A stretch of 64,000 nt of DNA from Acidobacteriota bacterium (GTDB taxonomy: Bacteria; Acidobacteriota; Thermoanaerobaculia; Gp7-AA8): contig JAFATB010000013.1 of the NCBI GenBank assembly GCA_019244185.1, forward strand, positions 66,438-130,437, read 5' to 3'. Every line of letters begins with the position of its first letter. Position 1 is the stretch's first letter. This document shows positions 53,865 to 63,119 of the stretch, one piece after another. A program made the translations under genes and the position numbers. The notes beneath the pieces are model-generated. The model searched no databases. It saw only the letters and a list, made by a program, of their open reading frames with translations, and was not told the DNA's origin.

Positions 53865-54992
53865 TTACCGCCGCGCCGCTTCGATCGCGCGAAAGACGCG
53901 GAGGAAGTTCCCGCCGAGGACTTTCGCGACGTCGCCTTCGCTCATGCCGCGATCGAGGAGACGCGCGGTGAGCAGCGGCAGCCCGGCCGCGGTCGCGAGC
54001 TCGGTGGGCAGCGCCGGCACGCCGTCGAAGTCGCTGCCGATGCCGACGTGATCGATGCCCGCGACTTCCGCCGCGTGGAAGATGTGATCGGCGACCTGGT
54101 CGAGCGTCGCGGACGGACAGCCGAGCGTCTGGAACCACTTCAGGTACGTGTCCCAGTCCGTGCGATCGTCCGGCAGCTCCTCGGTACCGCCGGTGCCGTC
54201 GCGATAGGGATCGGCGCGGCGCTTCTGCGCCTTCATGATCACCTGCGCGACGTCATCGCTGATGAACGCGGAGAAGAAGTTGATCATGCAGACGCCGCCG
54301 TTCTCCGCGAGCGCGCGGAGCATGTCGTCGGTCATGTTGCGCGGATGGCGGCAGAGCGCGCGGCACGACGAGTGCGTCGCGACGACCGGCACGCGCGTGG
54401 TCTCGATGACGGCGCGGAACGCGTCGTCGGAGACGTGCGAGACGTCGACGATCATGCCGAGGTCGTTCATCGTGCGCACGACGTCGCGCCCGAAGTCGGT
54501 GAGGCCGCCGTGGCGCGGCGCGTCGCCGGACGAGTCGCACCAGTTGTTCGTGTTCACGTGCGTGAGGGTCAAGTAGCGCGCGCCGCTGGCGTAAAGCTCG
54601 CGCAGGATGTCGAGCGAGTCTTCAATGGCGTGGCCGCCTTCGACGCCGATCATGAGCGCGAGCTTGCCGTCGCGTTTCGCCGCGACGATGCCGTCGCTGT
54701 CGTCCGCGAACGTGAGCACGTCGGTGCGGCGCGCAGCTTCCTCGCGGATGATGCGGATCAGCTTCCGCGCGAAGTCCGCCGCGCCGCGGTTCGCGTAAAA
54801 CGGCGGGACGTACGCGGCGAAGAACGACGCGGTCACGCCCCCCGCGCTCAGCGACTGCAAATCCGCCTGCGCCTCGGTATCGTGCTCGTCGAGATGGACG
54901 TTGTGCCGGAAGAGGCGATAGGGCGTGTCGCAGTGGGTGTCGACGACGATCGCGCGGCGATGGACGTCGTCACTCTTCGCTGAGATAGGCAT
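53865..54992 (-). CDS. membrane dipeptidase, peptidase family M19
   Basis: Renal-dipeptidase fold motifs (VVDTHCDT, GVEGGHAIEDSL, THVNTNNW, DVSHVSD, GIGSDFDG). Confidence 0.9.
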   Translation of the reverse strand: MPISAKSDDVHRRAIVVDTHCDTPYRLFRHNVHLDEHDTEAQADLQSLSAGGVTASFFAAYVPPFYANRGAADFARKLIRIIREEAARRTDVLTFADDSDGIVAAKRDGKLALMIGVEGGHAIEDSLDILRELYASGARYLTLTHVNTNNWCDSSGDAPRHGGLTDFGRDVVRTMNDLGMIVDVSHVSDDAFRAVIETTRVPVVATHSSCRALCRHPRNMTDDMLRALAENGGVCMINFFSAFISDDVAQVIMKAQKRRADPYRDGTGGTEELPDDRTDWDTYLKWFQTLGCPSATLDQVADHIFHAAEVAGIDHVGIGSDFDGVPALPTELATAAGLPLLTARLLDRGMSEGDVAKVLGGNFLRVFRAIEAARR

Positions 54993-55644
54993 CGATCCGG
55001 TCGAGCTCCTTCACCATCGACGTGAAGTCCGCGAAGAGAAACTCCGCCTTCCCGAGGAGCTCGCGGGGGAAGCCGCCGCTGAGCACCGCGATGATCGGGA
55101 TGGGGATGCGATGCGCGGAGAGGATGTCGTACGGCGTGTCGCCGACGGCGAAGGTCCGTTCCGGATCGCTGCCCACCTGATCGAGCGCGGCCTGAAAAAT
55201 CTCGGGAGACGGTTTCGAGAACTGCGCGTCTTTCTTCGACGTCGATCCCTCGAGGAGATCGGCGGCGTCGAGAAGCTCGACATAGTACTCGACCTCGTCC
55301 GGATTCGAAGACGATGCGAAGGCGAGCTTGATGCCGCGCGCGGCGAGGACGTCGAGCCCCTCGCGCACGCCGGGGAACGGCTGCACCGTGCGCATGTAGG
55401 TCTCGGTCCAGAGCTTGCCGCGGAACTTCTTCAGCTCTTCGCCGAAGCGCTGCATCTCGCGCGCGCTGAGCGTGTCGGGCACGAGGAGATCGCCGCCCTT
55501 GCCGATCTGCGCGCGGATGACGTCGCGCGGGATGTCTTTCCCGAATTTCGCGAACGCCTCGATCCAGCAGTCGGCGTGTTTGTCGTTGGAGTCGACGAGC
55601 GTGCCGTCGATGTCGAGAAGGAGCGCTTCGATGTGTCGCGTCAC
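54970..55644 (-). CDS. HAD-superfamily hydrolase (subfamily IA)
   Basis: Motif I DxD (LLLDIDGTLVD), motif II S/T, and a C-terminal GDTPYD motif. Confidence 0.85.
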   Translation of the reverse strand: MTRHIEALLLDIDGTLVDSNDKHADCWIEAFAKFGKDIPRDVIRAQIGKGGDLLVPDTLSAREMQRFGEELKKFRGKLWTETYMRTVQPFPGVREGLDVLAARGIKLAFASSSNPDEVEYYVELLDAADLLEGSTSKKDAQFSKPSPEIFQAALDQVGSDPERTFAVGDTPYDILSAHRIPIPIIAVLSGGFPRELLGKAEFLFADFTSMVKELDRIDAYLSEE

Positions 55645-56363
55645 GCGCGCGGACGTAGCAACTTCTGTGCGATGTAGACGGCGTGCCCTTTCGGCACCCG
55701 CGCGCCCGCGCCGTAGCCGCGCGCGACGCGCACGCGGAATCCGGCGCCGCGCAGCAATGCGAGCAACTCGGCGCGGTCGTACAGCTCGAGCGTATGCGTC
55801 TCGTCGTCGCGCGCGACGCGGCCGTCGAGCTCGCGAAAGCTGAGCACGCGCCGCGTCAGCGTCCGCCCATCACTTTCACGCACGACGATGACGCTCCAGT
55901 CCTTGCCATCGACGCGATGCTCGTCGTGCGCCGGATACGAGTCGCGTTCGGCGACGTCGAAGAGCAGGAGTCCGTTCGCGCGCAATGCCGTCGAGGCGCG
56001 CGCGACGAACGCGCGGACGTCGTCGAACGTGCCGTAGTTCAGCACCTCGCCGACGGCGACGATCGCGTTCGCATCCGGCAGCTCGGCGCTCGCGAACGAA
56101 CCCTGAGCGAACCGCGCACGCGGCGCCGTTTCCCTCGCGATCGCCAGCATCGCCTCGGAGGCATCGATGCCGAAGACGTCGAAGCCCGCGTGCGTCAGCT
56201 CGCGCGCGAGGACGCCGCTGCCGCAGCCGGTGTCGACGACGAGTCCCTCGCGAATACCGTTCCGCCAAAGCCGCTCGAGGATGCCGAGCGAAGCCGCCTC
56301 CGCGAACCCGGTGAACCCTACGTGATGGATGTACGCAAGATCATCGCGATAGTGACTCGTCAT
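55641..56363 (-). CDS. class I SAM-dependent methyltransferase
   Basis: SAM-binding motif I VVDTGCGSGVL and a post-I acidic residue. 4-nt overlap with the HAD gene. Confidence 0.85.
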   Translation of the reverse strand: MTSHYRDDLAYIHHVGFTGFAEAASLGILERLWRNGIREGLVVDTGCGSGVLARELTHAGFDVFGIDASEAMLAIARETAPRARFAQGSFASAELPDANAIVAVGEVLNYGTFDDVRAFVARASTALRANGLLLFDVAERDSYPAHDEHRVDGKDWSVIVVRESDGRTLTRRVLSFRELDGRVARDDETHTLELYDRAELLALLRGAGFRVRVARGYGAGARVPKGHAVYIAQKLLRPRA

Positions 56364-56447
56364 CGAGAAATTCAGTGCAGCCGCACGTGCCGATAGGCTA
56401 GGCCCTAAGCGCAGCCGGCCGCGCCGGCCCGCCGGAGGCGCTCCCCG

Positions 56448-57863
56448 TCAATGTTCGTGCGCCCTGAGAAACGTCTCCGGCTTCGAGAACACCTTCGCGA
56501 TGTTCATCCCCTTGCGCACGGCGCTCAGCGTCACCTTGCGGGTCGCGAGCGCGGCGCCGAGCTGGAGATACGTCTTCACCTTGCCCTTGTAGCGGTAGCG
56601 GACGTCGAGCGCGTGGCGCCAGAGCGCGGAGTATTCGGCGTAGAACTCGTCGAGCGGCAGCTTCGTCGGCAGCACGGTGTGGACGATGTCGTACATCTCC
56701 CACTCGTGCGTCGTCACCTGCTTCTTCGCGTGGTCCCAGAGATCGGTGCCGGGGAGCGGCGTGAGGATCGAGAAGCCGCTGTTGTAAGCGCCGGTCTGAT
56801 CGATCCAGTCGCGGAGGCGCGCGAAATCGTCGCGGTCCCACGCGGGATCGACGATGAAGTTCGGCGTGAAGCCGACGCCGAGGTCCTTGAGGATCTGGAT
56901 CGCGCGGACGTTGTTGTCGGCGGTGTTCTTCTTGTTGACCGCTTTGAGGCCTTCGTCGGTGACGGATTCGAGGCCGAGGAAGATCGCGAGGTCGCCGCAG
57001 TCCTTCCACTGCTCGATGAGATGCGGGAACTTGCAGATGATGTCGGTGCGCGTCTGCACGGTGAAGTACTTGCGGATGCCGGACGCCTTGATCTGCTTCG
57101 CCATCTCCTCGCCGCGGCGCACGTTCATCCAGAAGATGTCGTCGGTGATGAAGACGTTCGGCGCGGCGATCTGCTCGAGCTCCTTCACCACGCGCTCGGG
57201 CGACTTCTCGCGGAACGTCGACTCGTGAAACTTCCAGACCGAGCAGAAGTTGCACTTGAACGGGCAGCCGCGCGCGGTCTCCATGAGCGCGAGCGGCTTG
57301 CGGAAGTTGATGTAGTAGTGATCGGCATAGCGCGCGATGAGATGGCGCGCCGGCATCGGATACGAGTCGAGGTTCGGACGCGCGTCGGCGGCGCCGGTGT
57401 AGACCCACGCGCCGTTGCGCGGCACCTCGATGCCCTTGATCGCGGTGAGGTCCTTGCCGCGCGCGAGCGCGTCGACGAGCGGCGGCAGCACTTCCTCGCC
57501 GTCGCCGGCCGCGATCGCGTCGATGGCCGGATTGCGGAACCAGTCGGGATCGCGCGAGGCGTCGTGGCCGCCGATGACGATGAATGCGCGCGGCATCTCG
57601 CGGCGGATGCGCTGCGCGAGGCGGATCGTGCGGTTGCGCTCCGTCGTGAAGTTGCACTGCAGCCCGACCACGTCGGGATTGAACGTGCGGCAATCGGCCA
57701 TGCCGCGTTCCTCGCCGTCGATGCGCAGATCGAACACCGCGCACGTGTGCCCTTCCGCCTCGAGGCACGCCGCCACGCAGATCGGCCCGAGCGGCTCGAC
57801 GAACGTGAGCATCTCCAGGCCGAGAATGCCGCCGACCGGCGGCTTCAGAAACGCGATTTTCAT
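56448..57863 (-). CDS. B12-binding-domain radical SAM protein
   Basis: N-terminal cobalamin-binding Rossmann-like domain, then the radical SAM cluster motif CPFKCNFC (CxxxCxxC). Length about 470 aa, typical of class B radical SAM enzymes. Confidence 0.9.
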   Translation of the reverse strand: MKIAFLKPPVGGILGLEMLTFVEPLGPICVAACLEAEGHTCAVFDLRIDGEERGMADCRTFNPDVVGLQCNFTTERNRTIRLAQRIRREMPRAFIVIGGHDASRDPDWFRNPAIDAIAAGDGEEVLPPLVDALARGKDLTAIKGIEVPRNGAWVYTGAADARPNLDSYPMPARHLIARYADHYYINFRKPLALMETARGCPFKCNFCSVWKFHESTFREKSPERVVKELEQIAAPNVFITDDIFWMNVRRGEEMAKQIKASGIRKYFTVQTRTDIICKFPHLIEQWKDCGDLAIFLGLESVTDEGLKAVNKKNTADNNVRAIQILKDLGVGFTPNFIVDPAWDRDDFARLRDWIDQTGAYNSGFSILTPLPGTDLWDHAKKQVTTHEWEMYDIVHTVLPTKLPLDEFYAEYSALWRHALDVRYRYKGKVKTYLQLGAALATRKVTLSAVRKGMNIAKVFSKPETFLRAHEH

Positions 57864-57928
57864 CTGACGGTGCCGCCACGGTAGCAGATGCGCCGGGACT
57901 TCACGATGGCGATTACAATCCGCGCCGC

Positions 57929-59152
57929 ATGAATCTGGCGCGCGCGATCGCGTGGCGTTACCTCCGCCGGCCGACCGACAACCTCGTGTCCGCCGTCGGC
58001 GTGGTCTCCGTTCTCGGCCTAATCATCGGCGTCATGGCGCTCGTGATCTCGATGGCGCTGATGACCGGCTATCGCCGCGATCTGCAGGAGAAGTTGCTGG
58101 GCGGCAACGCCGAAGTCTTCGTCTACTCCGTCAGCGGGATGATGAACGATCCCGCCCGCGTCCTCGGACTCGTGCGCGGCGCGAGCGGCGTGCAGGAAGC
58201 GTCGCCAGTTCTGTATCAACATGCAGTCGTGACGACCGAGACGAACCGCACCGGTTCCGAGGTCATGCTCAAAGGCATCGAGCCGGGACGCGGGAAAACG
58301 TCGCAGATGCTCGCGAAGATCATCGGTCCGCGCGCGCGTTTCGAGACGGCATCGGGGGAGCGCGGCGTCTCGATCGGCAAGTACCTCGCGACGAAGCTCG
58401 GCGTGAAAGCGGGCGACGCGATCAGCATCACCGTCGCCGCGGGCACGCAGGAAGGCTTCCTCCCGCGCAGCGGCACGTTCCTCGTGACGAACGTCTTCGC
58501 CACCGGCTTCTACGAATTCGACGCGCGCTGGCTCTTCGTCGATCTGCGCGACGCGCAGAGTCTCGTCGGCCCCGGCTCGGCGTCGAATCTCATCGAGGTG
58601 AAACTGAAGCCCGGCGCGGACATCGACCGCGTCGTCACCGACATCGAACGGCGCACCGGCGGGCGTTACGCCGTGAGCGACTGGCGCGAGATGAACCGGC
58701 CGCTCTTCTCGATGTTGCGCCTGCAGCAGCGCATCCTCTTCATCGTCATCGGCCTCATCGTCTTCGTCTCGACGTTCAACATCGTTTCGACCCTGATCAT
58801 GACCGTGCAGGAGAAGCGGCGCGAGATCGGGATCCTGCGCTCGATGGGCGCGGAAGGGCGGATGGTGCGGCGCATCTTCATCTGGTACGGCACGATGGTC
58901 GGCGTCGCGGGGACGGCGGCGGGCGTCGCGTTCGGGACGCTCATCTGCTGGATCCTCACGCGCTTCGAGCTCGTGTCGTTCCCGCCGGAGATCGCCGAGG
59001 TGTACTTCGTGTCGTCGATTCCGTTCGTCACGCGGCCTGGCGATCTTGCGGTGATCGCGCTGTTCTCGATGTTCGTCTCGTTCGCGGCGACGATCCTGCC
59101 GAGCATGCGCGCGGCGCGGCTCGATCCGGTCGAAGCATTGCGCTACGAATGA
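57929..59152 (+). CDS. lipoprotein-releasing system permease, LolC/LolE (FtsX-like) family
   Basis: MacB/FtsX topology: N-terminal TM, periplasmic domain, and a C-terminal 3-TM FtsX module (REIGILRSMGAEGRMV). Confidence 0.85.
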   Translation: MNLARAIAWRYLRRPTDNLVSAVGVVSVLGLIIGVMALVISMALMTGYRRDLQEKLLGGNAEVFVYSVSGMMNDPARVLGLVRGASGVQEASPVLYQHAVVTTETNRTGSEVMLKGIEPGRGKTSQMLAKIIGPRARFETASGERGVSIGKYLATKLGVKAGDAISITVAAGTQEGFLPRSGTFLVTNVFATGFYEFDARWLFVDLRDAQSLVGPGSASNLIEVKLKPGADIDRVVTDIERRTGGRYAVSDWREMNRPLFSMLRLQQRILFIVIGLIVFVSTFNIVSTLIMTVQEKRREIGILRSMGAEGRMVRRIFIWYGTMVGVAGTAAGVAFGTLICWILTRFELVSFPPEIAEVYFVSSIPFVTRPGDLAVIALFSMFVSFAATILPSMRAARLDPVEALRYE

Positions 59153-59175
59153 CGCCCGTATAATCGCGCCGGTCC

Positions 59176-60276
59176 ATGACACGCGCACGACTCGTTCTCG
59201 AAGACGGCACGGTGTACGAAGGCGAATCGTTCGGAGCGACCGCCGACGCCATCGGCGAAGTCGTCTTCAACACTTCTCTCACCGGCTACCAGGAGATCGC
59301 GACCGATCCGTCGTACCGCTTCCAGATCGTCGTGATGACCTATCCGCACATCGGCAACTACGGCGTGGAAGACCTCGTGCGGCAGAGCGACGCGCCGCAG
59401 GTGGCCGGCTTCGTCGTCCGCGACGCGGTGGAAGAGCCGTCGAACGCACGCGCGGAGATGTCGCTCGGCGACTACTTCGCGCGCACGCGCATTTCCGCGA
59501 TCTCCGGCATCGACACGCGCGCGCTGACGCGGCGCATCCGCAACGAGGGCGCGATGCGCGGCATGATCACGACCGACGTCACGCGCTCGGTCGACGCGAT
59601 CGTCGGCGAGCTGCGGCAGTCGCCGTCGATGGCGGGACTCGACCTCGTGCAGCGCGTGACGGCGCTGCGGCCCTATCCGTTCGAAGAAGAGCCGCACGAG
59701 CGCAAGCTCAATGTTGCCGTGTATGACTTCGGCGTCAAGCGCGACATCCTCCGCCAGCTCGTGCGGCAGGGATGCAACGTCACGGTGTATCCCGCGACGA
59801 CGCACGCCGACGAGATCCTCGCGCGCGACTACGACGGCGTGCTGCTCTCGAACGGCCCCGGCGATCCCGAGCCGGTGACGTACGCACACGAGAACATCCG
59901 CCAGCTCGTCGGCAAGCTCCCTGTCTTCGGCATCTGCCTCGGCCACCAGCTCCTCGGCATCGCCCTCGGCGGCCGGACGTACAAGCTCAAGTTCGGCCAC
60001 CGCGGCGGCAACCATCCGGTCAAGGACCTGCGCAGCGGCCGCGTCGAGATCACCGCGCAGAACCACGGCTTCTCCGTCGATCCCGACTCGCTCAGCGAGA
60101 ACGATGTCGAGTACACGCACATCAATCTCAACGACCAGACGCTGGAAGGCTTCCGCCACCGGCGCGAGCCGGTCGTGGCCGTGCAATACCACCCCGAGTC
60201 CGCGCCCGGACCGCATGACTCGTTCTATCTCTTCGACGACTTCGTCGCGATGATGAAGGAGTGGAAGAAGGAGTGA
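59176..60276 (+). CDS. carA: carbamoyl-phosphate synthase small (glutaminase) subunit
   Basis: CPSase small-subunit N-domain followed by a class I glutamine amidotransferase domain with catalytic GICLGHQ and HPE. Confidence 0.95.
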   Translation: MTRARLVLEDGTVYEGESFGATADAIGEVVFNTSLTGYQEIATDPSYRFQIVVMTYPHIGNYGVEDLVRQSDAPQVAGFVVRDAVEEPSNARAEMSLGDYFARTRISAISGIDTRALTRRIRNEGAMRGMITTDVTRSVDAIVGELRQSPSMAGLDLVQRVTALRPYPFEEEPHERKLNVAVYDFGVKRDILRQLVRQGCNVTVYPATTHADEILARDYDGVLLSNGPGDPEPVTYAHENIRQLVGKLPVFGICLGHQLLGIALGGRTYKLKFGHRGGNHPVKDLRSGRVEITAQNHGFSVDPDSLSENDVEYTHINLNDQTLEGFRHRREPVVAVQYHPESAPGPHDSFYLFDDFVAMMKEWKKE

Positions 60277-60280
60277 GGCG

Positions 60281-61042
60281 ATGCTGCGCGCGCTCACGTG
60301 CCTGCTGCTCGCCATCGCGCTGCCGCCGAAGCCCGTGCAGTACGTCACCGACCAGGCCGGGGTGCTCGACGCGCAGCGCCGCCTCGCGCTGAACGAGAAG
60401 CTTGCGCAGTTCGAGCGCGACACGTCCGATCAGATCCTCGTTTACGTCGAGCGCAATCTTCCGCCGGGCACCACGCTCGAGGAGCTCGGCGCGGATGCGA
60501 TCCACACGTGGGGCGTCGGGCAGAAGGGAAAGAACAACGGCGCGATCCTCTTTGTGTTCACCGACGCGCATCGGCTGCGCATCGAAGTCGGGTACGGACT
60601 CGAAGGCGCGCTGACGGACGCGAAGTCGAAGGAGATCACCTCGACCGTGATCAAGCCGCTGCTCGCGCAGGGCGACTACAACGGTGCGGTCGAACGCGGC
60701 GCGGACGCAATGGTCGCGGCGATTCGCGGCGAGCCGTATCGGGGCACGGGCGCCACGGTGGCGGAGCCGGAACGACCGCGGGAGGATGACAACGGCATTC
60801 CGTGGGGCGCGCTGCTCGCCATTGCCGGCGCGATCGTCGCAGTCGGCGCCTTCGCGTGGTTCATGGACTGGGCGTCGGACGGGAGTGGGAACGGCAGCGG
60901 CGACGACGACTCGCGCTCTTCGCTGTGGACTTCGTCGACGCGGTCCTCGTCCTCCGATTCCTCATCGTCATCGTCGAGTTCCTCCGACTTCTCCGGGGGC
61001 GGCGGAGACGGCGGCGGTGGCGGCGCGAGCGATCGCTGGTAG
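60281..61042 (+). CDS. TPM-domain (YgcG-like) protein with C-terminal TM helix and Ser/Gly/Asp-rich tail
   Basis: TPM phosphatase-like domain (VTDQAGVLD...ILVYVERNLPPGTTLEELGADAIHTWGVGQKGKNNGAILFV), then a TM helix and an SSSDSSSSSSSSSDFSGGGGDGGGGG tail. Confidence 0.75.
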   Translation: MLRALTCLLLAIALPPKPVQYVTDQAGVLDAQRRLALNEKLAQFERDTSDQILVYVERNLPPGTTLEELGADAIHTWGVGQKGKNNGAILFVFTDAHRLRIEVGYGLEGALTDAKSKEITSTVIKPLLAQGDYNGAVERGADAMVAAIRGEPYRGTGATVAEPERPREDDNGIPWGALLAIAGAIVAVGAFAWFMDWASDGSGNGSGDDDSRSSLWTSSTRSSSSDSSSSSSSSSDFSGGGGDGGGGGASDRW

Positions 61043-61447
61043 TCAGCGCGCCGCGAACCACGCCTCGAGCGTCTCGCCGAATGCGCGCGGATCGACGCCC
61101 GGCGGCGTGACGAAGTAACGCGCGCCGTTGAGCACCTCGATCGACGCGCCAAAGTCCTCGCGGAGTACGCGTACGACATGCGCGCGCGGAATCGTGTAGG
61201 CGCGGAAGAACGTGCGCAGGAGCAGCGCGTCACGCTGGAACTCAATCTCGCGCACTTCTGCGCGGAGTCCCGCGATCGCGCCGCCGATGAACGCGAGCGG
61301 CAGCAGCAGGCCGGCCCACGTGTCGTACACCGCCCGCACGGCGAGCGCGAGATCGGCGAAGCCGGCCAGCAGTAGGACGATCGCCGCGACGTCGGCGGGC
61401 GGATGGCGGCGGCCGAACCGTTGCGGCTCCGGGTGTTCGTCCACCAC
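61043..61447 (-). CDS. small membrane protein, bacterial PH-domain-like (2 TM + soluble domain)
   Basis: This is the 3' part of frame ORF 61043..63049. Two TM helices (AAIVLLLAGFADLALAV, AGLLLPLAFIGGAIAGL) precede a ~70-aa soluble region. GTG start inferred downstream of the mutase gene's stop. Confidence 0.4.
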   Translation of the reverse strand: MVDEHPEPQRFGRRHPPADVAAIVLLLAGFADLALAVRAVYDTWAGLLLPLAFIGGAIAGLRAEVREIEFQRDALLLRTFFRAYTIPRAHVVRVLREDFGASIEVLNGARYFVTPPGVDPRAFGETLEAWFAAR

Positions 61448-61452
61448 GTGCG

Positions 61453-63012
61453 TCAGAACCCCTGCTCGATGTGCTCGCCGAATGTCCGCTTCAAGGTCGC
61501 GACGATCTCGCCGATCGTGCTCTCGTTGCGCACCGCGTCGACGATGTGCGGCATGAGGTTCTCGCCGGAGCGCGCGGCGTCGTCGAGACGCGCGAGCGCG
61601 GACTGCCAGTCGCGCGTGCGGCTCGCGCGGAACGCCTGCAGCCGCGCGACCTGCTCGCGCTCGACGCTCTCGTCGATGACGAGGATCGGCAGCGTAGCGT
61701 CCTGCTCGTCGACGAACTCGTTCACGCCGACCACGATCGCGCTCTTGTCTTCCAGCGCGCGCTGCGCGCGGTAGGCCGAGTCGCCGATCTCGTGCTGCAT
61801 GAAGCCCGACTCGATGGCCGCGCGCGCGCCGCCCATCGCATCGATCTTCTCGATGAGGGCGCGCGCCTCGCGCTCGATGTCGAGCGTCAGCGCCTCGATC
61901 GCGTACGAGCCGGCGAGCGGATCGACGATCGCCGGCACGCCGCTCTCGTAGGCGAGGATCTGCTGCGTGCGCAGCGCGATCTTCACAGACTCTTCGGTCG
62001 GCAGCGCGAGCGCCTCGTCGCGGCTGTTCGTGTGCAGCGACTGGCAGCCGCCGAGGACCGCGGCGAGGGCCTGGTAGGCCACGCGGATCACGTTGTTCTC
62101 CGGCTGCTGCGCGGTGAGCGTGGAGCCCGCGGTCTGCGCGTGGAAGCGCAGCGCCAGCGAGCGCGGGTCTTTCGGCGCGTAACGCTCCCGCATCAGCTCC
62201 GCCCACAGCTTGCGCGCCGCGCGGAACTTCGCGACTTCTTCGATGAAATCGTTGTGCGCGTTGAAGAAGAACGAGATGCGCGGCGCAAAGGCGTCGACGT
62301 CGAGCCCGCGCTCGACCGCCGCCTGCACGTACTGCAGTCCGTTCGCGAGCGTGAACGCGACCTCCTGCACCGCCGTCGAACCGGCCTCGCGGATGTGATA
62401 GCCGGACACCGAGATCGTGTTCCAGCGCGGCACGTTCCTCGCGCAGAACTCGAAGATGTCGGTGACGATGCGCAGCGACGGCGCGGGCGGGAAGATGTAC
62501 GTGCCGCGCGCCGCGTACTCCTTGAGGATGTCGTTCTGGATCGTGCCGGAGAGCGTCTTCCAGTCCGTGCCGCGGCGTTCCGCGACGACGAGCAGCAGCG
62601 CGAGCAGAATCGACGCCGGCGCGTTGATGGTCATCGAGATCGACACCTTGTCGAGCGGGATCGCCTCGAGCAGCGTCTCCATGTCCGCGATCGAGTCGAT
62701 CGCCACGCCGACCTTGCCGACCTCGCCGCGTGCGCGTGCGTCGTCCGAGTCCATGCCGATCTGCGTTGGGAGATCGAAGGCGACGGAGAGTCCGGTCGTG
62801 CCGCGCTCGAGCAGATACCGGTAGCGCGCGTTCGATTCCGCGGCGGTCGAGAAGCCGGCGTACTGCCGCATCGTCCACAACTTGCCGCGGTACATCGACG
62901 CCTGTGGACCGCGCGTATACGGGAACGCGCCCGGAGCGGCGAGATCGGTTTCGGGATCGAAGCTGCGTTGGGCGAGGTCGGATTGCGTGTAAAGAGACTG
63001 CCGGTCGGCCAT
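61453..63012 (-). CDS. methylmalonyl-CoA mutase family, catalytic (substrate-binding TIM barrel) subunit only, no fused B12-binding domain
   Basis: 519 aa with conserved mutase N-domain motifs ([51 protein letters not shown]). The sequence ends without the C-terminal cobalamin-binding domain. Confidence 0.9.
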   Translation of the reverse strand: MADRQSLYTQSDLAQRSFDPETDLAAPGAFPYTRGPQASMYRGKLWTMRQYAGFSTAAESNARYRYLLERGTTGLSVAFDLPTQIGMDSDDARARGEVGKVGVAIDSIADMETLLEAIPLDKVSISMTINAPASILLALLLVVAERRGTDWKTLSGTIQNDILKEYAARGTYIFPPAPSLRIVTDIFEFCARNVPRWNTISVSGYHIREAGSTAVQEVAFTLANGLQYVQAAVERGLDVDAFAPRISFFFNAHNDFIEEVAKFRAARKLWAELMRERYAPKDPRSLALRFHAQTAGSTLTAQQPENNVIRVAYQALAAVLGGCQSLHTNSRDEALALPTEESVKIALRTQQILAYESGVPAIVDPLAGSYAIEALTLDIEREARALIEKIDAMGGARAAIESGFMQHEIGDSAYRAQRALEDKSAIVVGVNEFVDEQDATLPILVIDESVEREQVARLQAFRASRTRDWQSALARLDDAARSGENLMPHIVDAVRNESTIGEIVATLKRTFGEHIEQGF

Positions 63013-63119
63013 CGGCGTGCAGTCTAGCGTGAGCGGCGCGCGCGTTCACCGTGTCAAGGAACGCATACTTTCCACGTTCGCGGGTTTACAACGGAGTTCC
63101 GCAGGACCATACTTCGCGC

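Noticed and set aside
61448-63049. Upper part of the 668-aa minus ORF 61043..63049
   Set aside because: It overlaps the mutase gene out of frame and has Arg-rich junk composition. Only the last ~134 codons, downstream of the mutase stop, look like a real small membrane protein.
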